A stretch of 61,801 nt of DNA, the filler included. It is 7 parts of 7 records of this genome, joined end to end, with 100 filler letters (N's around TTAATTAATTAA, not from the genome) between each part and the next. Parts side by side here need not be neighbours in the genome. Positions count along the whole stretch, not along the records: positions 13,918 to 27,694 come from SRR31147125_2014; positions 27,795 to 33,568 come from SRR31147125_2029; positions 33,669 to 39,671 come from SRR31147125_2031; 4 more parts are not named here. One strand, given 5' to 3'. A model generated the notes under the pieces. That model ran no database searches. It had not been told where the DNA came from and worked only from the letters and a program-made list of their open reading frames with translations. A program made the translations under genes and the position numbers. Each line of letters opens with the position of its first letter. Position 1 is the first letter of the stretch. Positions 26,569 to 35,774 of the stretch are shown in pieces.

Positions 26569-27198
26569 ATGGAAATTCATATAACGCAAAAAAGCCTATC
26601 GGATCAAGTTTACGACCACATTAAAGCCATGATTCTTTCCGGAGAACTGAAAGGCGGTGACCGAATTCCAGAAGTGCATCTAAGTAAATTATTTGGAGTC
26701 AGCAGAACTCCCTTAAGAGATGCGCTCAAAAAACTAAGTGAATACGGTTTAATCTTCTTAAAGCCAAGAAGTTTTGCAGAAGTTGCAATAATTGGAGAAG
26801 AAGAGGCAAAACAGATTGCTGTTGTGAGAATGGACTTAGAAATCCTTGCGGCAAAACTGCTTTCTCAAATTGACTCTAAAGAAGTGTTTGATAAACTGCA
26901 GGAGATATCTGACAATTGTTTATATGCTGCTGACAAAGGGAATAAAGCAGAAACGTTAGAATTGGACAGTAAGTTCCACCTAACAATTGCCGAACAATGT
27001 GGGAACAGCATATTATTTGATATTTACGAGAAGCTTGATGCAAGAGTACAACTGCTTCGACTTAACCAGAGTCTCAGCACTGAAGAGCTGCAAGTGTATA
27101 TAAAGCAGCACAATCGACTTATATCAGCTATGAGAAATGGGGAACAGCGACTACTCTCTTCAATATTATCAGCGCATATCATGCATGACTTTCACTAA
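26569..27198 (+). CDS. GntR-family regulator (FCD domain)
   Basis: SLSDQVYDHIKAMILSGELKGGDRIPE...FGVSRTPLRDAL; LDSKFHLTIAEQCGN. Confidence 0.92.
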   Translation: MEIHITQKSLSDQVYDHIKAMILSGELKGGDRIPEVHLSKLFGVSRTPLRDALKKLSEYGLIFLKPRSFAEVAIIGEEEAKQIAVVRMDLEILAAKLLSQIDSKEVFDKLQEISDNCLYAADKGNKAETLELDSKFHLTIAEQCGNSILFDIYEKLDARVQLLRLNQSLSTEELQVYIKQHNRLISAMRNGEQRLLSSILSAHIMHDFH

Positions 27199-27323
27199 GT
27201 CAATTTATCCGCAACATCCCAAGATTAGTAATTATGATCCCTATCGTTATGTATTCTCCAACGATAGGAGTTAATTCATTTTGAATCAGTTTTTTATTTC
27301 TTCAACAAGAAAACTCTTCACAA

Positions 27324-27694
27324 TCATATATAGTACCCACCATCAACAACCAGAGTTTGTGCGGTAACAAACTCCCCAAGGCAAACAAATGCTTCAACCA
27401 TGTCAACAATATCTTCTACCTCAGCAGGACGTTGTAAGAGAGTTCCCTCTGTTTGAAGTTTAATATGATTTTCACATCCAGCTACCCAATCAGTCATCAC
27501 AACTCCGGGAGCTAATGCATTCACCCGTACTTCAGGGGCCAGCACTCTTGCTAGACAGATAGTTAAATTTATTAAAGCCGCTTTTGAAACAGCATAGGGA
27601 ATCGAACTACCTCTTCCCATCAGACCAGCAATCGAAGCCATATTAACTATACAACCTTTACTTTCACGCAATTGATCAGCACATGCTCTCGAAA
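27324..27694 (-). CDS. SDR oxidoreductase, C-terminal fragment
   Basis: IVNMASIAG, YAVSK (YxxxK), VRVNALAPG, VDGG; frame open to the contig edge. Confidence 0.88.
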
Positions 27695-27794
27695 NNNNNN
27701 NNNNNNNNNNNNNNNNNNNNNNNNNNNNNNNNNNNNNNTTAATTAATTAANNNNNNNNNNNNNNNNNNNNNNNNNNNNNNNNNNNNNNNNNNNN
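27695..27794. other. Artificial contig linker
   Basis: 44 N + TTAATTAATTAA + 44 N. Confidence 0.99.
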
Positions 27795-27800
27795 ATACTA

Positions 27801-29563
27801 TCAAAAGATATAATTAAACCTTAAGCTACCGCTCTGATTATACACCTGCGATATCCCTGTCTGCTCGATCTGTTCAAGCCGATATGAAAATGTCAGGATA
27901 TTCGACAATTGAAACATGATCATTCCTCCCAGGCGTCGTGAACGATAAGATTCGGCACGTGTATCAATATCGGTATATCTAAAATCCTGTCGGAAAGAAA
28001 CCACAGGGCCTATCGCAATATTAAATTTCTTCCTTTTATATCCCGGGGTCAATTCAAATTTGATCGTATATTTGCTGTCTGTCATCTCTTGAATAAAATC
28101 ATCCCAATCCAGCAAACCATTATCTTCCACTCGCAGAAACATATATGCCCTCAAATACAATTCAGGATTAAAGTAATACTGAATGCTTTGTTGGAGTTTC
28201 AACCCCCGAAAAACCATGCTTTGCACATGTACAAAAGCGGAGTCTTCGTGATCGTAAACGAAGTAATTGGCATATATTTCCTGTTTAGCATTCCACTTGA
28301 TCCGCTGTGGTATATTGGTATTTACTTCAGAACGAATGGAGAAAACACGATTCCAATGGTTTTGAGCGGATCTTTGATGGTAAAGATAAACATAGTGGTG
28401 AAGAAAAAGTTCGCACCCAGAGACATGGTCGTGAACCTATCTATCCTATGTTGCCACATGGGTGAAATGGAATATGTCAATTCATCTCTATCATCATAAT
28501 TGTTCGTATCCGGTGTATCATAATATAGCAAGGAACCCAAATAATTTACATATATGCTATCCCTATCGGATATCTGCCAAGATACTCTTGCCAGAATATT
28601 ATTTTTGTTAAAAATATAATCTGAAGGAAGTGTTATACCGGGGTCGGTCGCGGTAGTTCTGCTTTGCTTATAATCATTAATATATCCGACATAGGCTCTT
28701 ACACTACCAAATTTTGCATGCAACCTTACATCATTACTTAAGGTCAAAAATTGCCTGTTGCGGGTTTCTTTTTCGTCGTAATAAGAAAAGCTCAAACCAT
28801 CTGATGAAGAAGTAAATGCAGCTTCGTAATCTATGGCAAGATTTTTACTGATCGGGTAATAAAGATCATTTTCGAGATAGGTGCTGATGTTTAGGCGCTC
28901 CTCAGTATCGGCTTCGCGAGAAACATAATATTCCCGATTATAAGCTTTAAATCCTGCCGAGAAAGTATTTTTGACCTTAGATTCCTGTCTGACCTTAAAA
29001 GTAATACGATTATCAAATGTGAAGTTTTCCCGCTCACCCATCTTGGAATAATCCCAATTCAAGTCAGGATAAAACACCAAACCTGTTTTTGTGCGATCAA
29101 GTTCTAATCCACCATAGATACCCATATCGCGAATTCCCAGTCGGGTTTCTCCGGCATAACCACTCTCAAGAGTAAGTTTATAATTATTGCTTTTATGATC
29201 ACCTTTTAGACCAAATCGTCCCTGATTATAATCGTAAGCGTGATAGGTCTGCCCATCTCTGAATAAAAAATATTTTCCTGTCGCACCTAATCGGGTTTTA
29301 TCGGTCAATGTATAAAGCAGGTCTGCACGAATATCAGTCTGAGTCTTCAATTTTGATGTTTCGCTGTAAATTGAAGAATTATTTGAAATGGAATTGTAAA
29401 AATGAAATTTTCCAAAGTCAGCAGAAAATCGATTCCAACCGCCAAATTGATAATAGTGATTCAATTGAGAAGCATAGACCATAGTCGTGTCCGCAGCATA
29501 CAGGGATGCAGAAAATCCGAAGATCATCAACGCTACTATGTATATCATTTTTTTCATGATCAT
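27801..29563 (-). CDS. Putative outer-membrane beta-barrel protein of unknown function, frameshifted at 28404-28408
   Basis: Signal peptide; aromatic-rich beta-strand pattern; shifted frame LHHYVYLYHQRSAQNHWNR... joins ORF 27801..28226; ends LRFNYIF (terminal Phe). Confidence 0.65.
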
Positions 29564-30333
29564 CCGTCGATCAAGCGGAAAACTTCTTCATCCATATAAC
29601 CGTAAGAGCGGTGGTTTATCCAATCACCCAACACAGCAATAGTTTTCTCGTTAATTTCTTCGCAAAACGGTGAATGTATATGACCGCTTATTGCAATATC
29701 GTAGCCTTCATTAAGCTTTCCCATAAGATATTCACGCATTTTATTTACATACATGCGAGCTATCGGTGGAGCATCGGGAATTTCCTGATTGTAATGACTT
29801 ACACCTTCCCCCAATTTATACGTCCAGTCTATAGGAAGAACTTTCAACAAGGAAATAGCAAAAGGATCACGGATCAATTTGCGCACCCATGGATATTGCT
29901 CATTGGGATACACAGCATTATCCCCGTGTTCGCAATAGAATTTTTTGCCATTCATTTCAAATTGCAATGCATCAGGATAAAATCTTACACCGACTTTTCG
30001 AGTAAGATAACCCTCGATCCAATAATCGTGGTTTCCGCCTACATAATGGATCTCTACACCTGCTTTAATTATATCTTTCAAGCTGTTAATGACCGGTTCT
30101 AATTTTGATGGGACGTGATCATTCTTATCGAACCAGAAATCAAAAAAATCTCCAAGAATGAAAAGCGACCCTTTACTTTTTTTAACTTCTTTAAGTAAAA
30201 CCAACATATCAGTAAGACGTTTATCCTGTTGGGGTCCGCTTTTCGTGGACAAATGATTGTCCGAAAGAAAATAGAATGGTAAAGCTAATCTTTTTGATCG
30301 GATATCGGAAACTGTAAAGGTATGTTTGCTCAT
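29560..30333 (-). CDS. lpxH: UDP-2,3-diacylglucosamine diphosphatase-like metallophosphoesterase
   Basis: FLSDNHL, LGDFFDFW, GNHD, EHGD, GHIH, LGDW. Confidence 0.78.
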   Translation of the reverse strand: MSKHTFTVSDIRSKRLALPFYFLSDNHLSTKSGPQQDKRLTDMLVLLKEVKKSKGSLFILGDFFDFWFDKNDHVPSKLEPVINSLKDIIKAGVEIHYVGGNHDYWIEGYLTRKVGVRFYPDALQFEMNGKKFYCEHGDNAVYPNEQYPWVRKLIRDPFAISLLKVLPIDWTYKLGEGVSHYNQEIPDAPPIARMYVNKMREYLMGKLNEGYDIAISGHIHSPFCEEINEKTIAVLGDWINHRSYGYMDEEVFRLIDG

Positions 30334-30335
30334 AT

Positions 30336-31802
30336 TTACGAACGGCCGCGACCGCTTTCTATGGTTAGTTTTCTTAATTTATCAGTTAGCTCTTCAGAAG
30401 GCTCAAAACTATCCAATTGCCAAATCCAATTATTTACAATGGTACCTGGCAAATTCATACGGGCGTCTTCACCAAGACCGAATAGATCTTGAACCGGAAC
30501 AACTGCCCACATAGCATTTGAATTGAAAGCCATCTCGATCAATGACCATGCTACCGTTTCGGGGTTCGGATCCACATATTGTGACAGCATATATTTTTCA
30601 TGATCCGATGCATTATCAAACCATCCTCTAACCGTATTATTATCATGCGTACCCGTATAAACGACAAAATGATCATTGGGATCAAAATTCTGCGGAAGGA
30701 AATTGTGATCATGGCCGCCGTTAAAAGCAAATTGTAGTATTTTCATGCCAGGATATTTGAATTCCTGACGCAAAGCGGTTACATCAGCTGTGATCACCCC
30801 AAGATCTTCGGCAATAATGCTCAGATCGGGAATACGTTCGTGCAATACTCTGAAAATATCAGCACGTGGACCGTCAACCCATTCGCCTTTTTCGGCCGTG
30901 GGAGCACCAAATTCCACTTCATAAGCTGCGCAGAAGCCACGGAAATGGTCTATGCGAATAATGTCGGCATGTACTTTTCCGATCAGCGTACGCTCCACCC
31001 ACCAGGTGAAATCGTTTTGCTGCATTACATCCCAATCGTAATGAGGTTGCGCCCAAAGTTGACCGGTTTCCGAGAACAGATCCGGAGGTACTCCGGTCCA
31101 TACTAAAGGATAACCTTCTTCATTCAGTTTGAAAAGATCACGATGAGCCCAGACATCCGAAGAATCTCCGGAAATAAAAATTGGAATATCCCCGATCACC
31201 CGAATATCTTTTTCATTGGCGTAATTTTTAAGCGCAGACCATTGGGAGAAAAGTATAAATTGTTCAAATTTAAATTTCAGAATTACATCCGCTTTTTCAA
31301 ATTCCCACTTTTCTATCGCATCTTCATACTTGTCGCGCAATCCTTTGGGGAAATCGTCATACCAAGTACCCGGATACTTATCATGTATGGTAAAGAATAA
31401 AGCCGCATCGTGCAGCCAATATGCATGTTCGCGACAGAAATGATCGAAATCTTCCTTCTCATCCAGGTTCAGCCAGTTCCGGTAAGCAAATTCCAGTGCT
31501 GTTGCTTTGACTTTCTCCGGTTCTTCATTCATTAATTTATCCCAATCAGATTCACTCAAATACTCATCTTCAAATAGCATTTCGGGACTGGCAAAACCAG
31601 AAAAGATGGCATTGGCAGAAAGGGATGTATAAGGTGAGCCGGTGTCATCCGGAAATGTTAAAGGCAAAGTTTGCCAAAGTGATTGTCCGGCTTCTTCCAG
31701 CCAGTCGATAAATTTATAGGCTTCGGGACCAAAATCACCTTTGCCCCATTTGTTGGGCAAAGAACTGACATGCATCAGGATTCCGGATGTTCTATCGGTC
31801 AT
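30336..31802 (-). CDS. malQ: 4-alpha-glucanotransferase (GH77)
   Basis: GILMHVSSLP, GDIPIF, GVPPDLFSETGQLW, RIDHFRGF, IAEDLG, YTGTHDNNT, RMNLPG. Confidence 0.95.
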   Translation of the reverse strand: MTDRTSGILMHVSSLPNKWGKGDFGPEAYKFIDWLEEAGQSLWQTLPLTFPDDTGSPYTSLSANAIFSGFASPEMLFEDEYLSESDWDKLMNEEPEKVKATALEFAYRNWLNLDEKEDFDHFCREHAYWLHDAALFFTIHDKYPGTWYDDFPKGLRDKYEDAIEKWEFEKADVILKFKFEQFILFSQWSALKNYANEKDIRVIGDIPIFISGDSSDVWAHRDLFKLNEEGYPLVWTGVPPDLFSETGQLWAQPHYDWDVMQQNDFTWWVERTLIGKVHADIIRIDHFRGFCAAYEVEFGAPTAEKGEWVDGPRADIFRVLHERIPDLSIIAEDLGVITADVTALRQEFKYPGMKILQFAFNGGHDHNFLPQNFDPNDHFVVYTGTHDNNTVRGWFDNASDHEKYMLSQYVDPNPETVAWSLIEMAFNSNAMWAVVPVQDLFGLGEDARMNLPGTIVNNWIWQLDSFEPSEELTDKLRKLTIESGRGRS

Positions 31803-31812
31803 GCACTTCCTC

Positions 31813-32199
31813 TTAAATAAAATTTTTGATGTCGGTTTTCAATTTGAACATGAGATTGCGCCAATCTGTTAAAGGCATATCATGATCCCAATGTTCTTCA
31901 AGCAGTTCTTGGGGAGTTCCCTTGAAAATACGCTGAACCATAGAAAAGATCAGCACGATGTCATCGATATAGTTGATGATCATCAAAGGAAATCTTTTCA
32001 GGTTCTTAAATTTAAGATTCACCGGCAAGATCAGGTACAGCGCCGATCCACCGATCCACCATTTGATATCCCTTGGTGTACGCTCATCCCGCAACAAACG
32101 ATAGAAAAGCTTCAATAAGGAAGGAATGCCGCGAGCGATCTCTTTAAGTGCTTCCTTGGTCGTGACATCCAAGGGGTAAGATAATTTCTCTTTATCCAT
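31813..32199 (-). CDS. DUF1232/YkvA-like small membrane protein (divergent)
   Basis: LFYRLLRDERTP..K...LYLILP...IDDIVL...LLEEHW. Confidence 0.6.
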   Translation of the reverse strand: MDKEKLSYPLDVTTKEALKEIARGIPSLLKLFYRLLRDERTPRDIKWWIGGSALYLILPVNLKFKNLKRFPLMIINYIDDIVLIFSMVQRIFKGTPQELLEEHWDHDMPLTDWRNLMFKLKTDIKNFI

Positions 32200-32200
32200 A

Positions 32201-33568
32201 TTACACCTCCGGTATTATTTCTGTTCTTTCAAATTTCCGCACATTGCCCGACAGCCAAAAATAACCGATGGTCGCCGATATAAACGAAGCGATGATCTGG
32301 GCCAGAAACACACCATTTATTCCCCAATCGAATACTCTGGTGAACAGCAAGGCCAAAGGTAGAATGATCACAACTATACGCATGGTTGTAAGCAACAGAC
32401 CGGGCATGCCTTTTCCCAATCCCTGGAACACTCGTCCCGATACAAAGCCGATCACAATAAACGGATATGCAAATACAACATACCTTATGTAACTGACTCC
32501 AATATCAATAACGCCGGGATCTGTAGAAAATATTTTCATAAAATACGGTGAAAAGAAATAGAATAAAAGCCCAAAAACCAATGCAAACCCTTCACCCCAT
32601 TTGATTACATACATCCATGTTGCGCGAAGTTTTTCGAACTGCTTTGCACCAAAGAGCATGCCAACCAGGGTGACCATAGACGAAGCAAAAGCCATCAAGG
32701 GCATAAAGAACAATTGATCCAGCCTCATAGCGATACCGACAGCCGCAACGGCATTGGAACCGAACATAACCACGATTCGGTTGTAAACCATCTGCCCAAA
32801 GGACATGATGACGAAAGACAAAGAAGCGGGTAAACCGATCTTGAAGGTCTTTCCAATGATCTCCCATGAAAATTTAAAATCGCTAAACTTGAACTGAACA
32901 AGGCTATCTTTTTTAACAAAGAAAAACAAGGTGTACATTAAAGTTACGGTAAACTGCGCCGTAATAGTTGCCCATGCGGCGCCGGCAATACCCATGTCCA
33001 GAACAAAAATGAAAAGCGGATCCAAGCCGATATTGATCACCGTTCCGATGATCGCAAAACGTACAGGTGTTTTTACATCACCTTCTCCGGACATGATCGA
33101 ACGAAAAAAGACGCCGAGAATATTGAATACAAAACCAAATACAATGATCTCGAAATAACTGATCGCAAGGTCAATAATATGCTCGGGTGCGCCCAGTAAT
33201 CTAAAGATCGGATATCTGAAGATAATGCTTAATCCGGAGATCGCAACGCCAAGCACAACACCCATCAACACCGCATGCTCTGCGGCATTATTGGCGCGAT
33301 GGCTGTCTTTGGCACCCAAAGCCTGCGAAATGATCGCCGTGATCCCGATACCGAGTCCAAAACATATGGATATGGCAAAGAAAACAAAAGGCAGGTTGAA
33401 CTGCATGGCGGCAATGGCATTTTCGCCTAAGCGGCTGACAAAATAAGTATCTGTAAGATTGTAGAGATATTGTACGACCATACCCAAAAGAACCGGCAGG
33501 GTAAGTGCCCATACGGCTTTCTTTGGATTCTCTATATAATTCTGTACGCGAGTTGATTTATCTGACAT
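32201..33568 (-). CDS. MATE family efflux transporter
   Basis: LYNLTDTYFVSRLG, GEGDVKTP, NIGLDPLFI, GIAGAAWAT, FKIGLP; about 12 TM segments. Confidence 0.93.
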   Translation of the reverse strand: MSDKSTRVQNYIENPKKAVWALTLPVLLGMVVQYLYNLTDTYFVSRLGENAIAAMQFNLPFVFFAISICFGLGIGITAIISQALGAKDSHRANNAAEHAVLMGVVLGVAISGLSIIFRYPIFRLLGAPEHIIDLAISYFEIIVFGFVFNILGVFFRSIMSGEGDVKTPVRFAIIGTVINIGLDPLFIFVLDMGIAGAAWATITAQFTVTLMYTLFFFVKKDSLVQFKFSDFKFSWEIIGKTFKIGLPASLSFVIMSFGQMVYNRIVVMFGSNAVAAVGIAMRLDQLFFMPLMAFASSMVTLVGMLFGAKQFEKLRATWMYVIKWGEGFALVFGLLFYFFSPYFMKIFSTDPGVIDIGVSYIRYVVFAYPFIVIGFVSGRVFQGLGKGMPGLLLTTMRIVVIILPLALLFTRVFDWGINGVFLAQIIASFISATIGYFWLSGNVRKFERTEIIPEV

Positions 33569-33668
33569 NNNNNNNNNNNNNNNNNNNNNNNNNNNNNNNN
33601 NNNNNNNNNNNNTTAATTAATTAANNNNNNNNNNNNNNNNNNNNNNNNNNNNNNNNNNNNNNNNNNNN
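33569..33668. other. Artificial contig linker
   Basis: 44 N + TTAATTAATTAA + 44 N. Confidence 0.99.
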
Positions 33669-33695
33669 CGTCACCCTGAACTTGTTTCAGGGTCT
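33669..33695 (+). repeat. CGTC-type REP-like palindrome at the contig end
   Basis: CGTC-ACCCTGAA-CTTGT-TTCAGGGT-CT. Confidence 0.6.
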
Positions 33696-33884
33696 AAAAC
33701 TGAGATATGTCATTGGTAACTTGATGCAATGAAGCGGAAGATTTTTTTCATAATAGCTTATTCAATCGGATACTTCTGTTAAAATATAGAAAAAGCCCGA
33801 ACTTATAGCCCGGGCCTCTCTAAACTAATTAACTAACTAACCAAAACTATTAACCTGAATTATTTTAGAATCGAACTCAGGTTA

Positions 33885-35666
33885 TTAATACCCCGGATTT
33901 TGAGTTAATGCCGGGTTTTTATCTATTGCACTTTGCGGAATAGGCATCAGGTAGTTTTTATCGGTCCAGTGATAAACTTTACGCATATTTGTGTACGGCG
34001 CCTTATGCAGAATATCATCAGGAGCCAATACATCGCCCATTGTACTTGGTGTTAAATACTTAACCGTGCCATCGTCCTGTCTTAAAGGATAACAGCAAGC
34101 CATATAACCACCTTCGAGCGGAGCATCTGCATTAACAGGTACCGTGCCGTTACAAATTTCCTCGCCAATTCCCCAGCGGCGAATATCCCAATAGCGGTGA
34201 CCTTCGAAAGCCAATTCTACTTTACGTTCGTATTTAATTCTTTCGAACATTCCGGCTTTGTTCAATCCCGGGTAATTCACTTCAACATTTGGCATATTCG
34301 AACGGTTACGAATCACGTTAATTGCGTCAAGAACAGATTGGTCGGGGCCATTTGCTTCGTTTTGAGCCTCGGCATAATTCAAATAAACTTCGCCCAAACG
34401 TAATACAATCCAGCTTTGAGTTGAGAAACCAAAATCGCCAACAGTTGCATCCGGATCCATAAATTTCTTTAAGTAATACCCGGTAATTGTTGCCAATCCT
34501 TGTGCATGTGGGGCATCGGTGTTAGCTATAGGCGCCCATTTATTATCGGTTTTTACCCATGCAAAATCGTAAGTTCTGCCAAAGAATGTTGTTCCGTGGT
34601 GAATAACTGTTTGATCAAGTCTTGAATCACGATTGGTATAAGGATCTTGTGGGTCGTAACCATTTTCTACGGTTGCAGGTAAACCATTTGCCATTTCGTA
34701 CGATGCAACAAGATTTTCGGTTGGATTATGCTGACCTCCCCACGAACCACGATTACTTGGCGGACGAGAGAAATTATCAACTGTACCTCCCTTGTTTACT
34801 CCATCAAATAGAATTTCAAAAAGAACTTCTTTTTGGTCTCCGGTTGACAAAAACAACAATCTGTAATCTTCAGCCATTTCGCGGTCAGAAGCTCCACTCT
34901 CAACTGCATCTATCACTTTCTTCGACATGGCAGCAGATTCGGCAAATCTTTCGGCATGTAACAACATACGACCGTGAAATCCCCAAACAGCTTCGCGGCA
35001 AATACGTCCCCATGAAGAACCGGCTTCGCTCATATCTTTTGCCATCGGAAATTTATCGGCAACATCATTCCATTCAGCATCAATAAAATCATACACCTCT
35101 TCTTTATCGGTACGGCCAATGTACAAAGCTTCCTGATCAGAAATATCGGGAACCGCTGTAATTAGTGGCACATCGCCATAACGACGTACCAGGTCGAAAT
35201 AAAAGAATGCACGTAAAAAACGGGCTTCTTCTTTCATTAACTGCATGGCCGAATTATCGGCTAAAGATGATTCCTCTACGCCTTCAATAAGCGTATTACA
35301 ATCGTAAATGGCAGTGTAATTTTCGCTCCAGTTACCAAATTCTCTTGAGTTGGAGGCAGTTTGCCCCGCGTTGACAATATGCCAGGCTTCTACATATCCA
35401 CTTTTATTGGCAACCAAATCGGTAGTACAATCCAAAAAACTTCGTCTTCCGTAACCGCGCGCTTTGTGCCCGGTAGTTTCCCATCCAAAACCGTTTGGCA
35501 TGTAACTATAAATGTCGTACAAAAAGGCTTCGGTGTATCCTTCGCTCTCGAAAACCGCAGCACTCGAAATCTTATTCAGCGGTTCACTATCCAGATAATC
35601 ATCTCCGCAACCTACAAAAGCAAAGGTTGCTATCGCTATTAAAAATAATATATTTAACTTCTTCAT
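33885..35666 (-). CDS. RagB/SusD-family outer-membrane lipoprotein
   Basis: Lipobox FVGC after start MKKLN (35666); EARFLRAFFYFDLVRRYGDVP, LRLGEVYLNYAEA, ERKVELAFEGHRYWDIRRW, QNPGY. Confidence 0.93.
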   Translation of the reverse strand: MKKLNILFLIAIATFAFVGCGDDYLDSEPLNKISSAAVFESEGYTEAFLYDIYSYMPNGFGWETTGHKARGYGRRSFLDCTTDLVANKSGYVEAWHIVNAGQTASNSREFGNWSENYTAIYDCNTLIEGVEESSLADNSAMQLMKEEARFLRAFFYFDLVRRYGDVPLITAVPDISDQEALYIGRTDKEEVYDFIDAEWNDVADKFPMAKDMSEAGSSWGRICREAVWGFHGRMLLHAERFAESAAMSKKVIDAVESGASDREMAEDYRLLFLSTGDQKEVLFEILFDGVNKGGTVDNFSRPPSNRGSWGGQHNPTENLVASYEMANGLPATVENGYDPQDPYTNRDSRLDQTVIHHGTTFFGRTYDFAWVKTDNKWAPIANTDAPHAQGLATITGYYLKKFMDPDATVGDFGFSTQSWIVLRLGEVYLNYAEAQNEANGPDQSVLDAINVIRNRSNMPNVEVNYPGLNKAGMFERIKYERKVELAFEGHRYWDIRRWGIGEEICNGTVPVNADAPLEGGYMACCYPLRQDDGTVKYLTPSTMGDVLAPDDILHKAPYTNMRKVYHWTDKNYLMPIPQSAIDKNPALTQNPGY

Positions 35667-35774
35667 CTCATTATTATTGTTGATTTTCAATGGAATTCGA
35701 TGTAACTCGCTATTAAAAGAAGCGTCACGAATTGAGTGTAATTTTGCTCGTTTCATTTTCTTAATTTTAATCGA

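Noticed and set aside
35667-35756. 30-aa N-terminal extension of SusD in the ORF track
   Set aside because: The lipoprotein signal peptide begins at Met 35666.
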